The position numbers and the translations under genes are program-made. 64,000 nt of DNA, from contig MU058796.1 of NCBI GenBank assembly GCA_013265495.1, positions 1 through 64,000 of the forward strand, in the 5' to 3' direction. The notes beneath the pieces were generated by a model. The model made no database searches, had not been told where the DNA came from, and saw only the letters and a program-made list of their open reading frames with translations. This document shows positions 24,365-35,590 of this stretch, in pieces. Each line of letters begins with the position of its first letter. The first letter of the stretch is position 1. The DNA is from Vicugna vicugna. Lineage: Eukaryota.

Positions 24365-25720
24365 CATTTATTAAACTGAACAGTTATTTACTGGGCATCT
24401 CTCCTAAATGCTGGGCATAAAACAATGAGGAAAAGTTAAAAAAAAGAAAAACTCTCTCATGGAGATTACATTTTTGTTGGGAAGATAGTTAACAAATAAA
24501 TGAGTAAATACGATATATATTAGGTGGGAGAATGTTAAGTGCTTTAGAGAGAAGGAAGTCAGGGAAGGAGAATAGGGCTGGCCTGGGGATGGGATGAGGA
24601 TGTTGGGAAGTGGATAGACTTTTAATACTCATCAGAGAAGTCTTTGCTACATGAGAGACATTTCAGAAAAATTGTCAAAGAGTCATACTGGTAGGACTGG
24701 TAGTCATACATTTAGGGGAAGTCATGGTAGGCAGAGGAAATGGTAAATGCAAATTCCCTGAAGAGGGTGCATGCTCTTTGTGTTGGAGGAACAGTGAGAA
24801 AACCAAAAAGGTTCAAGTGGAGAGAGTAAGAGAGAATGTGTAGGATATGCCAGAGGGGTCAGGAATAGGGGAAGAAAGTCCAGGTAGGGCCTTTTAAGTC
24901 CATGTGAGGGCTTTGGCAGTTAAGTGTTACTGAATGTGATAAGAAGGCATTAGAGGTATATTAGTTTCCTAAGACTGTCTTAACAAATTGCCGCAAACTA
25001 AGAGGGTTAAAATGACAGATATTTATTCTCTCTTAGTTCTGGAAGTCAAAAATTCAAAATAAAGATGTTGGCAGGGCCATGTTACGTCCAAAGATTCTAA
25101 GGGAGAGTTTTCCTTCCCTCTTTCTAATTTTGATGGCTCTATACATTCCTTAGCTTGAGACAACATCACTGTAACCTCTGTCTCCATGTTCACATGGCCT
25201 TCTCCTCTGTGTCACTCTGTCTTCTCTTTTGTCATTGGATTTAGAGCCCATCCCTGTAATCCAGGGTGATCTCATTTTGCAATCGTTAACTTAATTGCAT
25301 CTACAAAGATTCTTTTTTTCAAATGAGGTGATGTTCACGTTTCCAGAGGGCTATTGTGTAGAGATATCTTCTGTGAGGGTTATTATTCAGTCTATTACAT
25401 AGAGTTTTGAGTAAAGGAATAGCAAGATCAGACTTGTATTTTTGCAGGTTCATTCTGCTTCCTGTGGTGAAAATAGACTGTAGGGAAACAGGAAGACTGC
25501 AGAGCAGAATCCAAGAGACCATAGGACACAAAGCAATAACTCGGGTGAGTATGTGGTCTGTACCTAAACAACAGGAATGGAGGTGGTGAAGAGTGTTGAA
25601 TTCCAGATACATTTTAAAGTTGGAGATGACAGAATTTCCAGAAGATTTTATGTGAGGTGTGAAAGAGAGTAGAGTCAAGAGTGAATCCAAGGTTTGGGGC
25701 CTGATATCTGTGAGTTACTT
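24365..25720 (-). mobile_element. L2a-like LINE fragment interrupted by an MLT1 LTR
   Basis: Reverse L2 tail at about 24365-24420. The body is continuous across 24956-25399 (gaaggcattagag | ttttgagtaaagga...gatcagactt). Confidence 0.8.
24956..25399 (-). mobile_element. MaLR solo LTR (MLT1C/D-like) with 5-bp TSD
   Basis: tattagtttcct..gactg..taacaaattgcc.caaact...tttattctctc.tagttctggaagtc...attattcagtctattaca; TAGAG at 24951-24955 and 25400-25404. Confidence 0.9.
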
Positions 25721-25898
25721 TCGATGTATGTGGTAGGAATGTCTCCTTCCCTATAAAGCTTTCATATTGCTGGGATCATGGTCATTAGCTTCTCCATTAG
25801 GTCACAGTTTGGAAGCCTTCCCTGACTTCCATAGATTGGCTTAGTATGTCTCTATGCTCTGTACCCTAAGTTTATCCCTATTACTTTTTTGTTGTTGT

Positions 25899-26397
25899 TG
25901 TCATTTGTCATTGGGTTGCTTTTGCAAACCACCTCAAATTTAGTGATTTAAAATTAAGAAGCATGCACTTAGCCCATTGTTTTGAAAAGTGACAGCTGGC
26001 TTAGTTTGACTGTTTCAGTGTGGACTGTGAAATGCGAGTCTTAGCTGAACTTGCTTGTGCATCTGCAAGCAGCTGCTAAGTCACAGGGCTTGGCTAACAC
26101 GTAATAGTCTCAGGTGAGATGGATAAGATGACCGGGGGTCTCTCTCCAGGGATTCTCTCAGCTCCACAGGCTGTCTGAGCTTTTTCCACAGCAGTCAAAG
26201 GTGTTCCCAGACTGTGAGACCGAAGCCACAAGGCCATCTGAAATCTAGGTTCAAAACCGGCGCAATTTCACTTCCATCAACTTCTGTTCGTCAAAACAAG
26301 TTACAAAACCAGTCCAGAATCAAGGGATGAGGAGGTCGACTCCACATATCTATTGGAGAAGTACTAAGTATTGTTGCAATTTTTGCCATCTATTGCA
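25899..26397 (-). mobile_element. MaLR solo LTR (MLT1H-like) nested in an L2 tail
   Basis: caaaccacctcaaatttagtgatttaaaa...tcacttccatcaacttctgttcgtcaaaacaagttacaaaaccagtccagaatcaaggg...gactccac.tatct. Confidence 0.8.
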
Positions 26398-27565
26398 TCA
26401 TAGCATATAATTGCTTACTTAGGTGTTTCCCTTTCTTGCTAGTTACCCCACAAACAGGGAAACAAGTCTCTCTTTCTTCACTATTATCACTATATATCCC
26501 AAAGTAGACTTTGAATACCTATTTTTAAAGAAACAGATGAGTGAAAGAATGAGACAATCCATTGGTAGACAAACTAAAATTCAGCTGTCTGCAAATGTCA
26601 TGATCATTTGATCTGCTTCCATTCTCTTGAGTTGGCATCAGAATCTTCATACACTCAATATCTATAAACTGTATTTGCAGGTGGGATCAATTATTGCTTC
26701 AAATTAAAGATCTGAATTAGTGTGGGCATGTATAAGAAATGATCAAAATAAGCATTATTTCCAAAATAGTTTAAACATTATAAATACTTGAAATATCTTT
26801 TTAAGGGGTTAGATACTCATTTGCTTTATATAAATCTAGACCAATGAATTAGTTTAGGATTATTTTTTGGAGTAGTTATGTTTAATATACAAGTTAACAA
26901 TATATTTACTTCTTTAGTTATACCAGGTGTTATGCAGACCCATTTTTCTTTAAGGTTCAGAGTCCAGGTAAATTTCTTCTTTACATAAGTCACATAGGTT
27001 TCTTTAGGAATGCCATACAAAAACCAAAACTTTTCAAAAGGATTCTTTTCTTCCTTACTGATTTCCATCTTAGAATCTAAAATGCAAAGGATTCATTAAT
27101 GGCTGTATGCCTCTACCATTAGACAGCGCCGTTGTCTGGGAGACTCCCAGTGTTTTAGAAGTGGAAACAGCAGCAAGGTGTTACCCTTTTTGCAGTGGGA
27201 AACATTAAAGTACCTTGGTTATAGAGATAAGAATTGAATTTAAAATCCCAGTGCCCGATCATTTTCACTAATGACTTCATTCCTAAAGCTCCATCCATTT
27301 TTCTGTTACTCCATGTACCACAAAGAATTTTCACTACCTACTAGAAAGCTCCTTTTCCACTCTCTTACATCTTTCAAACCCTCTTTAAAGTGGACTTCCT
27401 TCGGCACTGAACCTGAACGTCTTCCAGAGCCTTATTGATCTAAGTACATCAACATGTTGTTTGTGCTTGCTTGTCTGTCTGTTGCAGTTAGTCTAATAAG
27501 TCTATTGGACTGCTCAATTCTGTGTTTGGTAGTGTGCCTATGTTTTGTACTCAGTACATCAGAGG

Positions 27566-28215
27566 TGTGGAAACAAAGTAGTAATCTGAGAAGCAATTCA
27601 ATGAAAGCAGCTCCTGGAGAAAGTTAGCTCTCCAAAAAATTTTTTTACTGTTCCAAGAACAAGAACATCTGGAATATAGAAACATAGTGAAGGCTTATCT
27701 GGGAGTCCTGAGGATATAGGAAGAGTAAGAGCTCAGTTCTTTTGAAATTTGAAGGGAAAGAATAAGAAAGGAGAAAGAAAAGTTGTTTCTGAATCAACTG
27801 TTAGAAATTCATGTCTACTGAGTTCTATCAAGGACCCAAGCCTATGAAAGTCAAAGGACAGAGGAGGCTAAGTTGGGCAGGGAAAGCCTCAGAGGAGCCC
27901 TTCACTGGGCAGAATTAGAAAAGTCTTAAGAACCCCATTATGCTTATTCATACTCTAAGGGTTGCTTGAGGAGGTGAATTGTGAAGGTGCTAATACCTGG
28001 AGGTTGTCTTCTAGCTTCACTCCTTGCTACGGAACCACAAGATTTTTCTTGAAGAGAGATCTAAGTGACACACCTCCTTGGCTGCCAAAAAACTTTAAAT
28101 AGTTTTAAAATATTTGGGAAAGAGCTGAATGTTGAATAAACTGCTCTATTTCCACCTCCATGAGATGGGGTGGGGGAGTACTGCAATGGGAAGATAATTT
28201 AAAAGAATACTAATG
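27566..28215 (+). mobile_element. possible ancient LTR remnant (family uncertain)
   Basis: Purine-rich block with AATAAA at about 28135 and LTR-like composition similar to 15965-16918. Confidence 0.25.
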
Positions 28216-29109
28216 TATTCATTCTGTTAATCAGCATAATTTTTTAATCATTTGTGGTTTGGGTGCCCTTTTCGGAGGTTTTACTTGTCATTGTGTTTAT
28301 GGGAAATTGACAGTTATTAATTGTTTTTAGGCTTGAACCAGTCCTTATTAGAATTCAAATATATTTCCCACTACTGGGTCCAATATCTATGTAGCCATTT
28401 ATCTTACAGTGAATTTTACTGTAACTGTAATATTTACAAGAAGCAATTTGTCATTCCTGGGTTAAGTATAGAAACTTCAATATTTTCTGGATAAATATGT
28501 CAAAATAACTAAGATTCAACCAACAGAAGATGACAGGAAGCTTGTAATACAACGTCTTATATAAGAGTCAGGAGGTTTGCTATCTGGTTTGACTCTGTTG
28601 TTGTTTTTATAAATATGATTTTCCAATTATTAACCATCGTTAGTATTAATGGCATTAATGCTGGTAATCTGTCTCACTAAGGATTTCAAAGTGTTGTATT
28701 TTTTTATATGCTACATGAATTCCAGGGCTCCAGCAGTGATTTCTACCCTGATTTGCAACATCCCAGAGTCTCCAAACACAATTAATTTTAATTCATCTAT
28801 GAATATGCCATACAGCACTTTAGGTTAGGGAATGGGGTGTTAGACTCTCACAATTTTGGAGTATTTCAACTCCCCGAAGATTTAAATCTCTAATCTAATT
28901 GGCAGTACATCCCCCTCTTCTCACTGGGGACAGCTCTCCTTGTCATTTAAACGTTATCCTACGTGTGTGTTCCCTGGGCTGGGAAGCCCAGGCGTACAGA
29001 GTAAGAGGATGGACTAAAGTCCGAGGCTGAGGCCCAGAGGTACAGAGACTGTAGTGCTTATGCCTGTGTCTCCTTTCCATGCCCTGCTCCTCAGTTCTTC
29101 CCTCACAGT

Positions 29110-29535
29110 TCAGTCACATCTCTCTCTATTTCTCACTCATCCTTCTACTCTGTGCTCTGAGCATACTTGACTGGTTGTCCCAGCTGGTTGTCTCTTTCCT
29201 GCCACCCTGCCTCTGTACCATTTTCGCTTGACCTGGAACACACCTGCATCCTCTCCTCCTGTATCTCTTACTGGCCCAAACACCTCCCTCCCTGCCTCCA
29301 GGAGTCACATCAAACATTGCCCAGTTCCTAAAGACCTTCTTAATTACCCTCAACTGTGCTTTTCCTTTGTACTCTTTTCCTTTGTACAGATGTCCAGTAT
29401 TATAATCCAACCTGTTCACATATCTGTTTCCATCATCTTCACTAGAAATGAGAGCAAGGATCATCTATGTTCATATATGTAGCCCAGGTTTTTGCTAACA
29501 AAACACTCAATCCATTTTGTTGAGTGAATGAATGA
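29110..29535 (+). mobile_element. L2 3' end
   Basis: ttgacctggaaca...gagagcaaggatcatct...cactcaatccattttgttgagtgaatgaatgaat. Confidence 0.75.
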
Positions 29536-30279
29536 ATCCTTGTTCCTCATCCCAGTGCACCAGGGGCCAGCACCTCCATCAGCCTCTCTGAGTGCTAGCT
29601 GCATGGTCTCTCCCGGACTGGCAGGTCTAAGTGCACACAAATACATGTATAACACTGTCCTTGTTAGGACTTCATCCCCACGCACTCCTGTATACCAAAT
29701 GAGCTTTCTCTGCATCTTCATTGAAATTTGGCTTTTCCTTGGCTTTGCTGATCTTCAGTCAGTTACTGGAAGAAAGAATCACTGATAGAATAATTCAAAC
29801 AACTATAAATTCATGTGTTACTCTAAGTATAAACTTGTTAATGTGTTAGTCCTGCCAGTAGTATGTGCTTTGAATAGACGAGAATAGGAAGCCAGTAAAA
29901 CATCGAGATGAACCCCTAATAGTGGCATTTCAGGAAATAAGAGAGGACAGATGGAAAGATATTTCTGGACCGGGAGCTTCTGGGTGCCCGTCACGTTGTA
30001 CCACACAAGCCATTTCCTATTCCCATGCAAAAGGATGGATCTGCTGCTACAACACTCTCTTGCTCTCCTGAGAACAGTATTTCTATTACTGTTTTTTATA
30101 AAAAGGTAGAGGCACCAGCCCTTCTGGTTGTCGGGGGCCAGGAAGAAGCCCTCCTCATACAATGGTCAAAGAAGCCAAGAACAAATAAGTTGTCTTTTAT
30201 CCACCTCCGGAAGGCACTGTAATAACCCTTCCCCATCCAGAAAGAGGCAACCAAGTTCAATGGGAAAAGATTTTAATAA

Positions 30280-30500
30280 TTACAACAATAGGTTACACTG
30301 ACTAAGTGTTTACCCAGGTGCTATGCTAAGCCCTTTCTTTCATTCCTTATACCAACTATGTAATAAAGATCATTTTATTACCCCCATTTTACAAACAAGT
30401 CAAGTAATTTGCCCATAGTCACCAAGCTGATAATTATCCAAGTTAGCACTTGTGCCCAGAAAGTTTACTCAGATTCTAAACATAACCTTCTTACCTTCTG
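30280..30500 (-). mobile_element. MIR SINE
   Basis: ccaggtgctatgctaag...ttattacccccattttaca...aagtaatttgcccatagtcac. Confidence 0.75.
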
Positions 30501-32229
30501 GAAGGTACTCCCTGGTATAATGAAGGGGGTACCTAATTCAGCTTACATGCCAGTGTACAATCCAGCACTGCTACTGCTGTTATTATGACCCTATACATGG
30601 CAAGACATTTACATTATATTTATCTCTCTCCTTTTACTTCATGTGGGTACAGAAGAGATTATAATTTCTGAATCTAATTTTTATATTGAACAGCTGATAT
30701 AAAGAATATAAATATTTAGCTATTATTTCCAGTGTCTTTTCTGTAAACATTTACGTAACATCTGAAATATGTAAAGGACACTTACAAAGTACTGAGGGAA
30801 ATAGTTTAAAGGATATTATGTGGTCCCTGACTCCACGGAGTTTACAACCTGAAAAGTACAACTAAGACCTCAATAACATTCCAACTCTGACCTGTGTAGA
30901 AGCTGTGTGCAAACTGGTACAAAAATCCTGAGAACTCACGCATCCACTCAAAGAGCAGTCAGACTATTGGATGTCAGAATCATGAAATAACTATTGTCTT
31001 CGCCCTTTTACTTTCAAGCAATTGTTTCCTAAACACAGTTAAAGTCAGTGAGTCTGCACACTTCAGAAATTCCAGATCTTCACTAAATCTCTTGGAAATG
31101 TGTGTTGGCATATTCCTGGAGATTTCTTTTAAAAGTATCACTTCTGTCCATCAAGTCAAAGATCCTGTAAGTATCGTGTGTTTAAATTCTTTATCTTTCC
31201 TAACATGGCAGGATGCTGATTCCCAGCAGCAGCAAAAATCTAACTGGTCTCTTTACTACTTGCTGCAAATATCACTCATGTGTTTTTGTTGCGAGTTTTA
31301 ATGTCATTTGTTGAAATAGATTTAACCGATGTCATTTGGTTCATACCAAGTTAATACTGGCTTCCCCCAAGGCTGTGATCAATTCAGTCAGCCAGCTGGT
31401 CTGGCTGATTTTTCCTTTGAATTTGACCTAATTGCCTGGCTGTTTGGGTATCCACAGACACTTTTACACAAAAAGAAGGCAAGCTTCACGTTAACTTGCT
31501 AAATGAGGGTTATTCTTTTCTTCTGAGATCTGCCATGGACTTATTGAGTGACTGTTGGCAAGAGTTACAATCATATCCCCCTTCTCTTCTTTCTCATTTC
31601 AAAATGAGAGTACAAATATATAAAGCTCTGAAGATGCTAAATGGAAAAGCAAATAATAATAATTATATACGTCAAGATATATCTGTATTGTATAGAAAGA
31701 GGGATTTCTTCTATTCTGAAATGCCAGCAAGAGACATATGAGAAAAAAAAATTAGCAACTTAAAGAAATTTTTAAAATTCTCTTTTTCAATTGTACATTT
31801 GGATCCTTTCTGATAATTAATCATTAATAAATGTTTAAATACCATTTTCTTTTTATATTGCAGTATATACCACTAGCTCTTTAAAAGTTACCAGAGATTA
31901 ATTCTCTTTTAAATAAATATTCTGCTTAACATTTTGTGCAGGTTTCTTTACTGACATATAATTGAATCAAGTCAAAGCTCTGATCTCATTCAAAACTCAG
32001 AGTTTTATCCAAATTTGTTTACCTGTCTATTGATCAAAAGATTTAGTATCTAAAATCCAGATGATAAAACAGAAAGAGTCATAAAATGTTCATAAAGATT
32101 GGATCAGATGGAGCATCAGCTAATCTGGGTAAATTTTTCCCTATGATTAACCAGTTCTTAATGACAACATTTCTTATCTTACAACTGTGACATGAAGAGG
32201 GAGCTGTAGCTCTTCTGAGACACAGTTCT

Positions 32230-32501
32230 GCAAGAACCAGCTTATCCACGCTCTCCGATCTCGTGTCTGTTTCTCTTTCTCTCTCCCTCTCTTGCGCTGC
32301 CCCTCATTCATTCACTCTTCCATCTTTTTGCCATTGTGCCAGCTCAATTTAAATGTATCTGCTCTGTATCTGTTCAAGTGGAGATAATCCATGCAAATCA
32401 GGAGCAGTGGCTTTCAATGCCTGGTTCACAGAGAGGACTCAGCTTGAGGAGGTCACTCGTTCACAGCCGCTCCTCCTATTATATTTTTCCCCTTGTTGCA
32501 G
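32230..32501 (+). promoter_or_regulatory. candidate promoter / first-exon region of a large plus-strand gene
   Basis: Repeat-free surroundings (about 31-33.5 kb), a local CpG cluster (32229-32300), a CT-rich tract (32273-32293), TTTAAA at 32348, adjacent TAATCC and octamer ATGCAAAT (32385-32398), and a downstream splice donor at 32613. Confidence 0.5.
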
Positions 32502-32612
32502 AACTGCTGTATGTATACAGTGACTGAAAGGACTCAATTTACTGCAACTGCTGCCTGGCTTTACTTACAACTTTTTTTTATAAAGGAACTTACCTCCATC
32601 TGTCTTTTCAAG
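32502..32612 (+). other. candidate exon, 111 nt (probably 5' UTR; may act as first or internal exon)
   Basis: Acceptor atatttttccccttgttgcag| and donor AAG|GTAGGA; open in phase 0. Confidence 0.55.
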
Positions 32613-35394
32613 GTAGGAAGTCTGATTCTTCTAAAGACGTGTGTAATGCCTCCACTGTCTGCTCATTATCAAATGTCACTTGAATGCTTTATATTGTTGC
32701 TGGCATTAGGCACAAATGCTGTGATTCCAGGTGCCTCACGCTTTTGTTACTTAACCGTATAGGTACAATTGTTTAAGTGCCGGATAATTGTAATGTTTAT
32801 TTTCCCTGCAGCCAGCTTCAGTTTTACAATGCCAGAAAGATTACAGTGGCCACTCTCTAATCTAGAAATACAAACCTCTATCAAGTTTTCCCTCTTAAAA
32901 AAAATAATCTCTCAGCATGTTTTTAACTTATCATGTATCCTGGCAAATAATAGCCAAGCGTAAAATGCAACTGTGTTAATTTTGTTTTTTTAATGTGGAA
33001 CCTTCCTGCAGTATTTCCTGTGAAAAAGAACTAACTGTTGAAATGTTTTTAACAACAGCAAGAAAAGGATAGATTTTACTTCATTCTGCTGCAAAGCAAG
33101 AAGCTGAAGGCCTTATTGCTAACAGGACTGTCAAATAGATTTATTCTTCACAATTCGTAAATTATTATTAGGCTATGCAGAAGTATTACAATTAGTTAAG
33201 ATTCAATTACTGTCATTATATGTGCTATTATTTATTGTGTTGAGACTAAAATTGCATTATAGAAAAGTTTAAAATAGCAAGGCTAAAAAAAAGCTTATGT
33301 TTGTATAACACTGCTTGATATCATTTATTAAGACTGATTTCAATAGCCAAATGGTTACATTTGGATTAAAAATGCATGTAAGAGGCTAACAAGATTTGAT
33401 GATATACATGCTGACTTACGAAGGCAGTTCCTTGGCTTACATTACTTCATATGTATTTCCTTGAAGTTACTTGTAATAACATTTTAATCATTTCTTAGTC
33501 ATTTCAATTTTAAAAAAGCATACTAAATGTCATACAGTTACAGATGTAAGAATCTTTCTGATTAGTGCAAATGTAATTATAATATTCCAGTTACAATTTA
33601 GATTTCAATAAACCTACTATGTCTTTGAAAGCAATCCTTATTAACATTATTTTACATTTAGTACCTTATTTTTCTGACAAGGTTTGACATATGGCTATGA
33701 CAAGACTATTTAATCTCTTGTATAGTATAGAATTGAACATAAACAGTAAACAAAGTTGACAGTCCTGAAAAGAAGAAAAAATGATCCTCTGGTATACTGA
33801 ATAGTTCTGATGACATAAATCTTAGATTTCATCTTCTAGGTGGATACTTGTAGTTAGTGGAGTTCGAGGGAAAAAATTTATTATCCACATAAAATATCTC
33901 AGTGCCAAAAATGTGCAGTTCTTTTTCTTTCTGATACAGAGTCTTCTGTTTTAAAAAATGCACTCTGATTTTGGAGTACAGTACAAGGCAGGAAGCCCTG
34001 TCATTGTTAGCATAAAGAAGACATCTACACAAGTATTACTGTGCAGAGGGCAATCTTTCTGTCTTTGGCATTTGTTAGGTTACTGTAAGTAGAATTTAAC
34101 AGATAAATATGTTCTGCTTGGTGGCATTTTAGTGATCCTATTGGTATGCAGGCTACTCTGCTAGGATAGCAACGGAAAAAAAAGATATATGTTTTATAGC
34201 AGTGGGTAATAAAAGCCCTTCACCGTGAGAGAAGAGGAATTTGACTTATTTCTTATGCAGTAATTAGAATTTCTTTAAAACTCTTTGAAATACTGAGTGA
34301 TAAAGTAAACTGAGGCTCCCCAAGAAGGGCTAATTGAATTTATCTATTCTAATCATGTAGGTGCCAATGAATATGTTCTTCCCAGACACTGTCACTGGAG
34401 GATTCTATTCACATCTTCAGCATTACAGGGGGACAAAAAGGATTTGCCACTAATGGTAGAGGGTGATTCTTTCTTATTTAAAACGACTTTGAGAGAAGCA
34501 ACTAACACAGGAAAACCTTAACAGATGGGAAGGTGTGCGGGATAGCCTGGTTGTGTGAACTTGAGATTAGTGTGAAACTAAAGGATGCCCTTTCAGAACA
34601 AAGGAACGCCATGTAATACTCTGTCAGCAGTCAAGCTGAGGATAGATATACAAGGTGGCCAGGGAGATCTTTTGAGGACAGAGAATATGCAAACAACTCG
34701 GCATTCTCTTTTCAACCAAATTGCCAGTATTTAATAGATATGCCGGCATTCCCCCGTGGAGTCTCCAACTATCATTTCACAGTTATTGCAAAACCACGTA
34801 TTTTACAGACTTTCACATTTGTTTGCAGACCTCCTAGGAAACTCTCCAAAGACCTAACTTGTATGCCTTAAGTTAGGTTTTACTGTGAATCCTAAATAAA
34901 ATGGTCACAGCCTTCCACTCCCATGGGTTCCTTTTGCTTCATCTGTAAACTTGCCATTCCTCTGGTAACTCGTTCAAGCAACTGTTGAAGATAAGTTACA
35001 TTTTACTCCATTTTAGTGTGCCTTGCAGCACAATCTATAGAACTGGTAAACCTTGTAGCTGTATATAATGCTATGTTGTTATTCCCACCTGGCTCTTTCT
35101 GCTGGTTTTACTGAGTACAGTTAAAAAGATAAATTATCATCTTAAAAGGATGCTAGGAAGGGCGTTAATAAGTTCTCTGTAACTTCAGGAGTGTTCAGTG
35201 GGGCTGAAGAAACTTGCAACCCTGCCTGAGGGAAAGTGATGTGCTTCATCAGCAGACATTCAATGCCTATATCATCTGTTGACATTCAGATTTTCTCAGG
35301 AAGGATTGTATCATACCATATGTATTTTCTAAATCCTGAAACTCATTGCTGTATATGAATTAAATATAATATTAAATGAAAACTCAGCAAATAC

Positions 35395-35590
35395 TAATTA
35401 TCTTATCTGTATTACTTTAATCCATACAGCACTATGAGGTCGATGGAACCATCACCCCTGTTTCATAGATAAAGACATAGAGGTACAGATAAGTTAAATA
35501 ACTTAGCCAAGGCTACACAGAACTGTAGTCGTAGAACTCAGATTTGCACCCACATTGCACTCTAATGCTGATTTGAAACATCACACAGGA
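35395..35590 (-). mobile_element. MIR SINE
   Basis: tttaatccatacagcactatgagg...cccctgtttcatagataaagacatagaggtacagataagttaaataacttagccaaggctacacag. Confidence 0.85.

Noticed and set aside
32230..32612. Assigning a gene symbol to the candidate promoter/exon
   Set aside because: No recognisable coding sequence in the window, so any name would be a guess without an alignment.
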